Positions 19,888 through 28,663 of a stretch of 48,775 nucleotides of DNA are shown one piece after another; position 1 is the first letter of the stretch, and every line of letters starts with the position of its first letter. The notes beneath the pieces are model-generated. The model was not told the origin of the DNA, ran no database searches, and worked only from the letters and a program-made list of their open reading frames with translations. The DNA comes from a virus. The DNA lies in the IMG/VR virus record IMGVR_UViG_3300015259_000001. The stretch is one strand, 5' to 3'. Made by a program: the position numbers and the translations under genes.

Positions 19888-20130
19888 TTATTTCTCCCTT
19901 ACAATATCCATAACTGTCTCATCTTCGTATCCATCTGGCGCTTCACCCCAAGGAATACTATTCGCACAATTGGCATCTACCGGGATTTGGGCCTCCGTGA
20001 TACTGTCGGCCTCCATGATATTATTCATTTCTTCTGCAAGCCACGTATGAGCGTCAAATTCCGCATCTTCTTTAGACTCAGCCCAAAAATATGCCACTAC
20101 CTCAACGCTAGCTCGATAAAGTTTATTCAT
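19888..20130 (-). CDS. Acidic hypothetical protein
   Basis: Co-oriented ORF. Confidence 0.6.
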   Translation of the reverse strand: MNKLYRASVEVVAYFWAESKEDAEFDAHTWLAEEMNNIMEADSITEAQIPVDANCANSIPWGEAPDGYEDETVMDIVREK

Positions 20131-20347
20131 ATTTATTTTCCTTAAATTTAATTGATGCAGCTATTATAGAGTCATGCAACTTTGTTAAAAGTCTATTAAG
20201 TTCTTTATCCGTACCCCACGCGAAGATGCTCTTATCGTTTACAGCTTTTTCAAAAATCTCTTTAGTTTTTACAAAATCTTCTACAGTAAACTCTTTATTT
20301 TTTTCACATTCTGCCAAATACGTTCGAATATCATCTATTGCAGTCAT
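20123..20347 (-). CDS. Hypothetical protein
   Basis: AAGGA RBS. Confidence 0.6.
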   Translation of the reverse strand: MTAIDDIRTYLAECEKNKEFTVEDFVKTKEIFEKAVNDKSIFAWGTDKELNRLLTKLHDSIIAASIKFKENKYE

Positions 20348-20375
20348 ATTATCGTCCTTCTATATTGGAATAAAA

Positions 20376-20451
20376 TGGTACCCTCGGAAGGACTTGAACC
20401 TTCAACCTACTGGATATAAGCCAGTTGCTCTAACCATTGAGCTACGAGGGT
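20376..20451 (-). tRNA. tRNA-Ile (anticodon UAU)
   Basis: ACCCTCG acceptor, anticodon arm ACTGG-CT-TAT-AT-CCAGT, GTTCAAGTC, encoded CCA. Confidence 0.9.
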
Positions 20452-20456
20452 GTAAT

Positions 20457-20657
20457 CTAGTACACAGAAGACACGAATAACTCTCTTTCGAGATCGCTGT
20501 CATCTGCTTGCATATATTCAAGAATCAAAAGTCCACAATACAAAGCCTCAAGAGGCTTTAGTGTATTGACCTTTTCTCTGAAATCAGCACGATTACCATT
20601 ACGCCAATCTGATAGCAACTCAATAGCTATACTTTCAATTTCATTACGATCCATCAT
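20457..20657 (-). CDS. Hypothetical protein
   Basis: Co-oriented ORF. Confidence 0.55.
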   Translation of the reverse strand: MMDRNEIESIAIELLSDWRNGNRADFREKVNTLKPLEALYCGLLILEYMQADDSDLERELFVSSVY

Positions 20658-20979
20658 AAAACGGTCCTTTTGCGTATTCCTTAATAAATGCTACTTGTTT
20701 CCCCGATTTACTACGAAGCACTCCTTCGATTGGGGTCTTATAGTAGCAAATTTTCATACCAAGAGCAATCAATTCAGCCAACGACCTTCCGAACCATTCA
20801 GTCAATTGGTTAATCGTTTCAAATCCACAAACATGCCGCATTCCAAAACTGTCGAAGTCTTCATAGGCTCCCTCTCCACGAGGGTTATCATACAATAGCT
20901 TATATTTCTTAGACTCCGTTAGTATACGGGAAGTATACGGACCTCTACCGTTTTTATCTTCAAGTCTATAGATTTTCAT
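20644..20979 (-). CDS. Conserved phage hypothetical protein
   Basis: IYRLE..GRGPY, CGFE..QL.EWF motif. Confidence 0.7.
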   Translation of the reverse strand: MKIYRLEDKNGRGPYTSRILTESKKYKLLYDNPRGEGAYEDFDSFGMRHVCGFETINQLTEWFGRSLAELIALGMKICYYKTPIEGVLRSKSGKQVAFIKEYAKGPFYDGS

Positions 20980-20990
20980 TATTTATCACC

Positions 20991-21290
20991 CTAATCTATT
21001 CTTCCATAAGCTTCAAATATATGTACTAGGACTTTAAAATATTTATTACGAGGAGAATGTCCACAACACACACAACGTATTATTTTTTCAGCTTGAGCTT
21101 TTTCCCAATCTACTTGAAAAGATTTACCATAAATAGTATCTAATGAATAACATGATTCAGTTGCATACCCTATATTTTCAAGACATCCTATATGCAAAAC
21201 AGTATTATAGCTAGATCCATATTCATCTGATTCAATTCTAGCTATTAACCATTTACCTGATTTATAGTATATAGTATGTTTAATCGTCAT
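20991..21290 (-). CDS. Zn-ribbon paralog (recent tandem duplicate)
   Basis: Shares YYKSGKWLIARIESDEYGSSYNTVLHIGC with 21296..21601. Confidence 0.75.
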   Translation of the reverse strand: MTIKHTIYYKSGKWLIARIESDEYGSSYNTVLHIGCLENIGYATESCYSLDTIYGKSFQVDWEKAQAEKIIRCVCCGHSPRNKYFKVLVHIFEAYGRID

Positions 21291-21295
21291 TTATA

Positions 21296-21601
21296 CTAGC
21301 GGCCGTAAGCTTCGAATAGATGAACAAGGGTTTTAAAATACCTACTACGAGGAGAGCGTTCACAATGCCAACAAGTTATGATTTTTGTAGTTTGCACTTT
21401 ATGCCAATCCATTTGAAAAGATTTACCATAAATAGTATCAATGAAATTACACGATTCATTTGTATACATTGTATTTCTAGCTTTAAAGAAAGAATCACAT
21501 CCTATATGCAAAACAGTATTATAGCTAGATCCATATTCATCTGATTCAATTCTAGCTATTAACCATTTACCTGATTTATAGTATATACTGTATTCAATCA
21601 T
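21296..21601 (-). CDS. Zn-ribbon paralog (recent tandem duplicate)
   Basis: As above; CWHC. Confidence 0.75.
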   Translation of the reverse strand: MIEYSIYYKSGKWLIARIESDEYGSSYNTVLHIGCDSFFKARNTMYTNESCNFIDTIYGKSFQMDWHKVQTTKIITCWHCERSPRSRYFKTLVHLFEAYGR

Positions 21602-22527
21602 TATATATCATTTGGGTGACGAAGACCAAGCCATACTGGAAATCTAGGCTTATCCTTCATACCCGTTTTCTGATACTTAAATTTAGCAAGTCTACCTAGA
21701 AATCTATCTCTACCTTTCCAGATTACAAATCTTTCCTTTTCAACAAATCCTGTACCGATCTTAAACTGACCAAATACAGGATGCTCTACAATAATAGCAC
21801 CAAGAGTATTACCGTGTCGCATACCATCTTGTGCTTGGCTACGCTTAGTCCTGCCAAATGCATCTTTCTCTGCGTTATTATCGTTATGTAGGAGTTCCTC
21901 AAACCCAATAATAACAGCTTCATCATCCTCAAAACGCTTTAGCTTAAGTAGATATCCTTCATTCTCCGTACTGCGGCCCTGCTTGTAAGGGCCATAAGCA
22001 GAACGAATCATAACTCCCTCATAGCCTTGAGTAATATACTGTCCTTCAACGTAATTCAATTCCATTTCATTCTTAATTTCTTCAGGAACAACTAGTTTAT
22101 GAGGAAAATTGGACAAATCAAGCTCTGCCAAATCTACCATTCGGCGTAGATAAGCTGTTTTTGGGTTATCCTTTATGTAATCAAATATATGATATACAAA
22201 ATTAGGATTACCGTCTTCACTCATTACATTTGAAGTAATATCAGAAAAGCTAGAGTCTGCATTTTGCAGCATAAGCTCACCATCAAGAACAGAAGGAATA
22301 CCTTTCAATTTATCTTGGATATGTCGATTAGGGATAGGAAGAAATTTCCTAGACAATAGTTTGCCATCTACAACCAAAGCTCGAATACCATCCAGCTTGG
22401 GAGTGACAAATACCGGGTACTTCAAAAGTTTAGGAGATTCGCACTTACCTGCCAGCATCGGCTTTTTAATCATGTTAATCCCAAAGGGCAAAGAAATGAT
22501 TTTGAAACAACTTCCAACCTTCCTCAA
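21601..22527 (-). CDS. ATP-dependent DNA ligase (minimal phage type)
   Basis: KPMLA, TPKLDGIR, LDGE, EGVMIR, LLKLK, GTGF, RFPVW; true start probably MIKKPML. Confidence 0.93.
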   Translation of the reverse strand: MRKVGSCFKIISLPFGINMIKKPMLAGKCESPKLLKYPVFVTPKLDGIRALVVDGKLLSRKFLPIPNRHIQDKLKGIPSVLDGELMLQNADSSFSDITSNVMSEDGNPNFVYHIFDYIKDNPKTAYLRRMVDLAELDLSNFPHKLVVPEEIKNEMELNYVEGQYITQGYEGVMIRSAYGPYKQGRSTENEGYLLKLKRFEDDEAVIIGFEELLHNDNNAEKDAFGRTKRSQAQDGMRHGNTLGAIIVEHPVFGQFKIGTGFVEKERFVIWKGRDRFLGRLAKFKYQKTGMKDKPRFPVWLGLRHPNDI

Positions 22528-22855
22528 ATTCAGCCTTCAACAAGGCATTTTCTCTTTGAGGAGTAACCTTAAGGGTTTCCCATACAGATCCCGGTTCCGC
22601 AATAGTATTAGGATCGTCTTCGATAAACATGCCATCATGCTCAAGCCATAGTTCAATAGCTCTAATCATCTTATTCAACGTTGCTTCCCAGTCTTCCGGC
22701 GTAAAATCAGCAGGATAACCCATTCTGTTATAAGACTTGAAAGCCTTCAATCTAGGAAGAATAAGTCTAAGAATACTGTCATCAAGACTCCATAGTTCAG
22801 AGTCATCGAACCCTCTAGTTCTTCGCTGATACCAAAATTTAATTCGTTTAATCAT
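22475..22855 (-). CDS. Conserved phage hypothetical protein
   Basis: QRRTRGFDDSELWSLD...ALWD. Confidence 0.75.
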   Translation of the reverse strand: MIKRIKFWYQRRTRGFDDSELWSLDDSILRLILPRLKAFKSYNRMGYPADFTPEDWEATLNKMIRAIELWLEHDGMFIEDDPNTIAEPGSVWETLKVTPQRENALLKAEFEEGWKLFQNHFFALWD

Positions 22856-23108
22856 TATTAAATTCCTTATACAATCTTTCGATAGGATAACCGATTCTAG
22901 CGAATTCCGGTTCTACAAATGGCGTATTATATTCTTTACACCATTTTTTGGTTTTATTATAAGTGTATCTTATCCTAAACAGTTTATAGCTATATCGTAA
23001 AGCTTTACGGAGAACCTTATCCTCCATAGGAAATAACTTGGCCGGTTTGCCCGGTTCACTTTTTTCTGATTTATCATATGCTCTATCTAAAATAGCTAGT
23101 TTATCCAA
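22848..23108 (-). CDS. Hypothetical protein
   Basis: ORF immediately downstream of tRNA-Arg. Confidence 0.5.
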   Translation of the reverse strand: MDKLAILDRAYDKSEKSEPGKPAKLFPMEDKVLRKALRYSYKLFRIRYTYNKTKKWCKEYNTPFVEPEFARIGYPIERLYKEFNND

Positions 23109-23109
23109 T

Positions 23110-23184
23110 TGGTACCCCCTGAAGGAATCGAACCCTCATCCCATGGGTAGAAACCATGTGCTCTATCCGTTGAGCTAAGGGGGC
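23110..23184 (-). tRNA. tRNA-Arg (anticodon UCU)
   Basis: CATGG-TT-TCT-AC-CCATG arm, GTTCGATTC, CCA. Confidence 0.92.
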
Positions 23185-23193
23185 TAAAAATTC

Positions 23194-23415
23194 CTAGACT
23201 TCACCGTTAAGGAACGTTCGAGGGTCGCCCTTGATACTATTAAACTGTCGAGTATGTGGCATAACCTGAGATATATACCATAGCGTCAATACAATAGCTG
23301 CTTCGGCGCTATTCCAACCGAAAAAATATCCTATACAAGTGATTAAACTAGCTATTTTCAATCCTAATCCTAGAACAGAATCAAATAGCCTAATTGCTAG
23401 CATAGTTGTACTCAT
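23194..23415 (-). CDS. Small membrane protein
   Basis: Two hydrophobic segments. Confidence 0.6.
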   Translation of the reverse strand: MSTTMLAIRLFDSVLGLGLKIASLITCIGYFFGWNSAEAAIVLTLWYISQVMPHTRQFNSIKGDPRTFLNGEV

Positions 23416-23681
23416 TTTCTAACTCCTTCTTTCATTAAATATAATGCAGCACTTACATCTTTTGGAATATATTTTTTACATTCACAAATTGATGATGTTT
23501 TATCATACAATATAGAAATACAACCTCTATGAAATAAATAAGGATTATTAAGTAAACTTTTTAATTCTACTATCCAATAATCCCCTATTTTAACTTTAAC
23601 TGTCATTCCAATATATGGTGCCAATTGTTGTTCTATCCATTTTTCAGAAAACATAAATCTATTTAACAATCTACTAAACAC
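23412..23681 (-). CDS. Zn-ribbon paralog family protein
   Basis: IGDYWIV...FHRGC...CECKKYIPKDVSA. Confidence 0.75.
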   Translation of the reverse strand: MFSRLLNRFMFSEKWIEQQLAPYIGMTVKVKIGDYWIVELKSLLNNPYLFHRGCISILYDKTSSICECKKYIPKDVSAALYLMKEGVRK

Positions 23682-23683
23682 AT

Positions 23684-23941
23684 TTACCTAGTATATGGAC
23701 CTAAAAGAGTGATAATTACATCTAATTCTTTTGGTATAACAGTATTACAACTAAAACATAGCTTAGTAATAGATGAAGGATTGATACTATAAGCAGATTC
23801 ACAAGCGCATGTATTATGATAAATAAGGGCTGTAGCGCCTAGAATCCTAATATCCCAATCTATATATTTAATTTCTCTAAACCATCTAAAATCTAGTACG
23901 GATATCATATTATTATTAGTTATATGGACCCAAAAGAACAA
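23684..23941 (-). CDS. Zn-ribbon paralog family protein
   Basis: DWDIR...YHNTC...CFSCNTVIPKELDV; true start probably MISVLD. Confidence 0.7.
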   Translation of the reverse strand: MFFWVHITNNNMISVLDFRWFREIKYIDWDIRILGATALIYHNTCACESAYSINPSSITKLCFSCNTVIPKELDVIITLLGPYTR

Positions 23942-24136
23942 TAACTACATCTAATTCTTTAGGTATAGCATCATTGCATCTAAAACATCGTTTAAAATAA
24001 GGCGAAGTATTAACACTATAAGTAGAATCGGTATTACATGGATTATGATAAATACAAGCTGCATAACCTACTACTCTAATAATCCATTCCATATACATAA
24101 TTTGTCTAAACCACTTACCGTAATATGATACAGTTA
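23916..24136 (-). CDS. Zn-ribbon paralog family protein (the 5' part of the listed ORF is tRNA)
   Basis: EWIIR...YHNPC...CFRCNDAIPKELDV, paralog of 23684; start uncertain. Confidence 0.6.
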
Positions 24137-24224
24137 TGGTAGGGACGGTGGGACTCGAACCCACAAGCTCGTTATGAGCAACGGATTTTGAGTCCGTCGT
24201 GTCTGCCAATTCCACCACGTCCCC
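24137..24224 (-). tRNA. tRNA-Leu (anticodon CAA)
   Basis: ACGGA-CT-CAA-AA-TCCGT, long variable arm, CCA. Confidence 0.92.
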
Positions 24225-24235
24225 TCTCATTAAAC

Positions 24236-24311
24236 TGGAGCCAGTAGGAGGACTTGAACCCCCAACCAAGTGCTTACAAGGCACCTGCTCTACCATTGGA
24301 GCTATACTGGC
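24236..24311 (-). tRNA. tRNA-Thr (anticodon UGU)
   Basis: GGTGC-CT-TGT-AA-GCACT, CCA. Confidence 0.92.
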
Positions 24312-24613
24312 ATAACCTTAAATATATGCAATCCGCCTGAATGGCTAGATTCCCAAATAGCCCCCCAAACGATATAATTTTCTTGTAGAGCATAGATTAT
24401 AGATTCATTATCACACCATCCTCCAGTAACAAACTCGTAGATGGTATGTTGAAGTTGCTTTTTATTGTTTAGTGCGATATGATATTCTTCTTTAATTCTA
24501 ATGAGTCCATATGTATTATTCCACATAGACATTGCGTATTTTATAGCTTCAATGGCATACATTGGTCCTTCAGCAGGCCAAAACATCAGTTTCTGTATTC
24601 CATCGTCAAACAT
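24302..24613 (-). CDS. Conserved phage hypothetical protein
   Basis: TGGWCDNE.II..L...WES..GG.H.F motif. Confidence 0.7.
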   Translation of the reverse strand: MFDDGIQKLMFWPAEGPMYAIEAIKYAMSMWNNTYGLIRIKEEYHIALNNKKQLQHTIYEFVTGGWCDNESIIYALQENYIVWGAIWESSHSGGLHIFKVMPV

Positions 24614-24641
24614 AATATAGCCTTTCTTTTTTGAGTATAAA

Positions 24642-24717
24642 TGGTGGGCCGTCTAGGAATCGAACCTAGAACCGACGGATTAAAAGTCCGCTGCTCTGCC
24701 AATTGAGCTAACGGCCC
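24642..24717 (-). tRNA. tRNA-Lys (anticodon UUU)
   Basis: GCGGA-CT-TTT-AA-TCCGT, CCA. Confidence 0.93.
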
Positions 24718-24718
24718 G

Positions 24719-24768
24719 TAAGTATTCAATCGAACCCACGGAATACCGTGGGTTCTGTTCAATACTTA
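24719..24768 (-). other. Conserved intergenic RNA hairpin, copy D, immediately 5' of tRNA-Lys
   Basis: UAAGUAUUGAACAGAACCCACGG-UAUU-CCGUGGGUUCGAUUGAAUACUUA. Confidence 0.65.
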
Positions 24769-25167
24769 AATAGCCTTAATCGCCATCACAAATCCAGTAA
24801 GGATATCAGATGCTTCTTCCTCTACACCGAGCAAAATATCCCGTTCTACCATACGATACTTATCGTCAATTTTATTCATACGAGCATTCGCAATATTAGC
24901 GTGATCATGAATCTTATTATACTCCTTAAACGAAGTACCATAAATATGAGGATAAAAACCACTATCCTTATTAAACGTAAGACCGTGCTTCTTAGCAAGC
25001 TTAGGCGCAATAGTTTGAATATCCTTATAGATCTCAGTAATGAGTGCCGCCAATCTCTTTTCCTCATCTTTACGCCAAAGTCTCTCTGCTTCTATGATAA
25101 CCTTCTTAACGTTTTCTGCTTCCTCTTTCATAAACCTGAGCAAATTGCGCTTAGCAGACTGATTCAT
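24766..25167 (-). CDS. Hypothetical coiled-coil protein
   Basis: AGGAG RBS, 133 aa. Confidence 0.7.
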   Translation of the reverse strand: MNQSAKRNLLRFMKEEAENVKKVIIEAERLWRKDEEKRLAALITEIYKDIQTIAPKLAKKHGLTFNKDSGFYPHIYGTSFKEYNKIHDHANIANARMNKIDDKYRMVERDILLGVEEEASDILTGFVMAIKAI

Positions 25168-25168
25168 A

Positions 25169-25531
25169 TTATTCTCCTAGCTCGATTACTTCAACCATAA
25201 ATCCTGCCTCCTTGGCAGCATTTATCATATCCCTAGTACCTCTGGATTCTGGACTAGGAAATGCAAGTACCAGTTCAATATCAGGATTATCTTTAAGCAT
25301 TTGTCTATTTCTAATAGGGCCTGCTGATTTGCCATATTTGCCCCATTCTGCAGGATATGGCAAATCTTTAATATCATTTTCCATAGCCCATGTTTTAGCT
25401 ATAGAGTCCACACCCGCAGCGGCTCCATGAACAATAATCAAATTCTCTTTCGGTAGACTATTAAGCCTATCTTCCACCAAATGGACAAAACGACGTAGAC
25501 ATATCCTACTACCACTTACTAGAACTTTCAC
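25169..25531 (-). CDS. SLOG-family (YspA/DUF2493-like) protein
   Basis: VLVSGSR, IVHGAA.GVD, PAEWGKYGKSAGPIRNRQM, SRGT..M. Confidence 0.88.
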   Translation of the reverse strand: MKVLVSGSRICLRRFVHLVEDRLNSLPKENLIIVHGAAAGVDSIAKTWAMENDIKDLPYPAEWGKYGKSAGPIRNRQMLKDNPDIELVLAFPSPESRGTRDMINAAKEAGFMVEVIELGE

Positions 25532-26178
25532 TTAACACCCATCATTTTTCTTAGATCGTTAATTGCACTAATCCGATAATGCTGCGAAAGTCTACGGCTC
25601 TTACCCCAAGACTCTGAAATTTCTCTGTCAATCATTGGCTTCTTACCGTTTAGTCCGAAATACTTGACTATTGTTTCTCTTTGCTTTGGTCGAAGCCGAC
25701 GCATAGCCTTATGAAGTCTAGCGATATCTTCACTTCTATCTTCTTCAACTTCAGGTTCAGGAGCAGCCAATTTCTTTTCCAGCAACTCAGTAATGGGATT
25801 AGATCGCTTATATTGAGTAAATTTATTCTCTTTATTAAGCATATGTTCCATATGTTGCCAAATAATAGGTACAACATATGTAGACAATTTGTATTTACGA
25901 GAAATATCAAACCCTCTAATACCTTCATACAAGCCTATCAACCCTTCCTGAAACATATCTTCCCAAGGCATATCCGTGAACCCATTCTTTCGATACTTAT
26001 GTAGTACCATTAGAACAAGTCTAGTATTATGTTTAACTAGATGCAAAACAATCTTATTTGCACCTTTATTTAGACCATAATGCTTACACAAAACCAAAGC
26101 ATTAAACAACGCTGCCTGTTTATCCGCAGGCAACTTAGGAAGTATCATATTATTGACGTATTCAGGTAGCGTAATCAT
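25528..26178 (-). CDS. Second, compact sigma70-family factor
   Basis: HNTRLV, EDMFQEGLIGL, FD.SR.YKLSTY, C-terminal HTH. Confidence 0.88.
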   Translation of the reverse strand: MITLPEYVNNMILPKLPADKQAALFNALVLCKHYGLNKGANKIVLHLVKHNTRLVLMVLHKYRKNGFTDMPWEDMFQEGLIGLYEGIRGFDISRKYKLSTYVVPIIWQHMEHMLNKENKFTQYKRSNPITELLEKKLAAPEPEVEEDRSEDIARLHKAMRRLRPKQRETIVKYFGLNGKKPMIDREISESWGKSRRLSQHYRISAINDLRKMMGVK

Positions 26179-26408
26179 TACGACTCGCTTGAACTCAACT
26201 TCTTATGTACCTTCTTACTATTACGCTTTAGCTTTTCCGTAAGAGGCAACTTCTGGTACGCCTCATTACGGGCCTCAGCTTCAACTTTTCTCTGTGCCTT
26301 GCGCTTAGGAAAATTCATCTTCAACATACCTACACATTTCCTTAGTCCAAATAGGGTTAAGAATACATAAACTAGCATTCTAGCTTCATCCATACAAAAG
26401 TGCATCAT
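26178..26408 (-). CDS. Hypothetical basic protein
   Basis: Co-oriented ORF. Confidence 0.5.
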   Translation of the reverse strand: MMHFCMDEARMLVYVFLTLFGLRKCVGMLKMNFPKRKAQRKVEAEARNEAYQKLPLTEKLKRNSKKVHKKLSSSES

Positions 26409-26731
26409 GAAACCTTATCTGTAAAATTATCAATATCTTCCATAAAATTAGGAATAAACCCGAACAATCTAATTAATTCTTCTTCCCATAGTCTATCGAC
26501 CTCACCCCATAGCTTATAACCTTTAATTCGAAGCTTATTACCCTGAATTTGGAGCTTTATGCTATTACTCCATAACTCCTCAATCTTACCCCAAAACTTA
26601 AGTCTATTTTCAGTATAGAGTTGATCACCCTCAGCTTGGAGCTTACGGCTTTCAGCTAAAAGTTTCTCACTCTCAGCATAAATATTCATAGATTCAGCAT
26701 AAAGTTTTATAGCTTCTTCGAGCTCAGACAT
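26405..26731 (-). CDS. 'FGFIP' paralog family protein
   Basis: MSELEEAIKLY...ELIRLFGFIPNFM. Confidence 0.85.
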   Translation of the reverse strand: MSELEEAIKLYAESMNIYAESEKLLAESRKLQAEGDQLYTENRLKFWGKIEELWSNSIKLQIQGNKLRIKGYKLWGEVDRLWEEELIRLFGFIPNFMEDIDNFTDKVS

Positions 26732-26824
26732 ATTTACTTATGTCTCTCATAAAATAAGGAACAAACCCAAATAATCTAATTAATTCTTTGTTCCATAGTT
26801 TATACGCTTCAATACAGAGCTTAT
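26708..26824. repeat. 117-bp direct repeat of 16892..17008 spanning a 'FGFIP' gene junction
   Basis: Identical by eye from TATAGCTTCTTCGAGCTCAGAC to CAGAGCTTAT. Confidence 0.85.
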
Positions 26825-26993
26825 CACCTTCATCCCAAAGATAAAGTCCTTCATAGATAAGCTTATCGGACGGCCGCCAGTCCGAACCACCCTTAGCCCA
26901 AAGCCTATTGCCATCATTGTAGAGGTTTTCGCCCTTAGCCCGTAGCTTCTTGCCCTCAACGCAGAGCTTCATAGCTTCTTCAAGCTTAGACAT
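26724..26993 (-). CDS. 'FGFIP' paralog family protein
   Basis: MSKLEEAMKLC...ELIRLFGFVPYFM. Confidence 0.85.
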   Translation of the reverse strand: MSKLEEAMKLCVEGKKLRAKGENLYNDGNRLWAKGGSDWRPSDKLIYEGLYLWDEGDKLCIEAYKLWNKELIRLFGFVPYFMRDISKYV

Positions 26994-27075
26994 AAGCCCT
27001 CAAATAAGCCCACCTAGAAGGTTATACACGAGCGGTCTACTTGTGGCTTCTAGGTGGGCTTGAATCAAGGCTTAT
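26992..27075 (-). other. Conserved intergenic RNA hairpin, copy B
   Basis: AUAAGCCUUGAUUCAAGCCCACCUAGAAG...CUUCUAGGUGGGCUUAUUUGAGGGCUUAU. Confidence 0.75.
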
Positions 27076-27377
27076 TCCTCGGTTTCCTCAGCAGCCCTTC
27101 TAGTAAGAAACTTTCTAATACGCATAGCATTGCCCTTAGTGCGGCTTTCTACCGCAACCTTACGAACGTTTCGAATATTCTCTGACTCACTCTGGTAAGT
27201 GTTTTCAGCACACTTAGCATGACCCGAAGTTTCCCTACGAATCTCGAAGCCAACTGTCTGATAACGCTCACCTTCACTGTCCCAGCAATCATAAGTACGC
27301 TGCACGGATTCTACCACGACCTTTACTTGCCGCTCACCCGGAGCAGAAAAAGATCCACAAAATCCACATCGGTACAT
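27072..27377 (-). CDS. Hypothetical Zn-finger protein
   Basis: CGFC ... HAKC. Confidence 0.6.
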   Translation of the reverse strand: MYRCGFCGSFSAPGERQVKVVVESVQRTYDCWDSEGERYQTVGFEIRRETSGHAKCAENTYQSESENIRNVRKVAVESRTKGNAMRIRKFLTRRAAEETEE

Positions 27378-27380
27378 TGG

Positions 27381-27590
27381 TTATCTTTCCTCAGGGTTGT
27401 GAAGTTCTGTTACAATCCAATTTTCGTTCTTGTAATGTGTATTTGCGTGTGCGATGGCATTATCCCGACCTTCAAATGGACCTTCAATAAATGTACCATC
27501 TACAATATTACCAACTACCAATACGCACGGTTCTTCATTATCTACATAATAAACGTCTTTCATTTCGATGGTCATTATTCGTTCTCCCAA
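27381..27590 (-). CDS. Hypothetical protein
   Basis: Co-oriented ORF. Confidence 0.55.
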   Translation of the reverse strand: MGERIMTIEMKDVYYVDNEEPCVLVVGNIVDGTFIEGPFEGRDNAIAHANTHYKNENWIVTELHNPEER

Positions 27591-27824
27591 AATAGATAGA
27601 TTGCGGCTGCCACCATTAGATGCTAATAAAGAAAAGGAACGAAAACCAAGCCAAAATAATAAACAATGCCCATTTCATATTTGCCTCGTTATCAAGGATA
27701 AAATCATGTATTCGATAACCCAGTCAATCATGAGGAAACAATACCAAAATGCCTAGATAGAACAGAAACATCAAAATTCCAAACAAACAAATAGCAGCGA
27801 CCATGTCTATTCCTTCTATAAATG

Positions 27825-28096
27825 TAGGAGCCTAGGGCCTTTATATTCCCAAGGTGAAAAGCTCTCAAAGCAAGCATACCTTTGTCGGCTCCATAAATTG
27901 TCGCTCCATCGTACCTTAAACTGCTGCTACACGGCCCCGTACACCGCCGTATAGCTTGCCGAGCCTCCGTATAACGCTCAGCTTACCTCACCCATTAGTC
28001 TAGCTGTTGCTAAGTTTAGCGTCGTCCTATAAACGTCTATGCTAGTGACGATATAGGCTCTTTGGCGCTAACCTGCTCTTAGGTTCGGGACTCCTA
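27825..28096 (-). ncRNA. Candidate structured ncRNA (about 270 nt)
   Basis: No ORF of 60 aa or more; closing stem UAGGAGUC/GGCUCCUA and several internal helices; strand inferred from context. Confidence 0.4.
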
Positions 28097-28231
28097 AGAC
28101 TACTGCGTTACCGTCGTAACCAGTATTAATAAACATACCAGCAAAGCTCATATGTTTATTGATACCGATGCTAACCCACCCCACCCTTCGTTGGCTAGCT
28201 CACCTTGCCTCAAGCAAGGCTCCCTTTGAAA

Positions 28232-28624
28232 TTACAAAACGTTAGCCCAAATAATTGCGGCTGCCATGTCTGTACCAAATACAGACTTAGCAATCTCATC
28301 CGCAATGCTGTCAAGCTCAGAAACGTAAGGATCACCCTCAATAAGGATACCACTTAGAATAGGCATCCTAACATCCGCACCACCATGGAAGCGTGCCATA
28401 CGCCACACATAATAAGCACGACTACCAATAACGCCATTATCTCGGCGCAACTTAGAAGGAAAGATAGCCCTAAACTTACCGTGTGCTCTACGTCCTCCCA
28501 TGTTGTAGACAAGGCCCACAATAGCAACCTTGTTTACTTCAGGGAAGGTTCCTTTACCGTGACAGAAGGGACAAAGCTGGTCCTTCCAACCTGTACCCTT
28601 ACCTTTGCATTTCGTACAGTCCAT
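28232..28624 (-). CDS. DnaJ-type Zn-finger-containing protein
   Basis: CTKCKGKG...CPFCHGKG; GAGG RBS; first gene after a sigma54 promoter. Confidence 0.7.
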   Translation of the reverse strand: MDCTKCKGKGTGWKDQLCPFCHGKGTFPEVNKVAIVGLVYNMGGRRAHGKFRAIFPSKLRRDNGVIGSRAYYVWRMARFHGGADVRMPILSGILIEGDPYVSELDSIADEIAKSVFGTDMAAAIIWANVL

Positions 28625-28663
28625 GTTTTACCTCGCGCTCTCTATGAGCGCACAACCGACACC

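Noticed and set aside
23916-24296. 126-aa ORF as listed
   Set aside because: Its 5' half is a translation of tRNA-Thr and tRNA-Leu; only the 3' part is coding.
1021-26993. Diversity-generating retroelement behind the paralog families
   Set aside because: No reverse transcriptase in the window, and no template/variable pair differing only at adenines was seen.
27825-28096. Group I intron or tmRNA
   Set aside because: No recognisable P7 (R/S) elements or interrupted gene, and no tRNA-like ends or tag reading frame.
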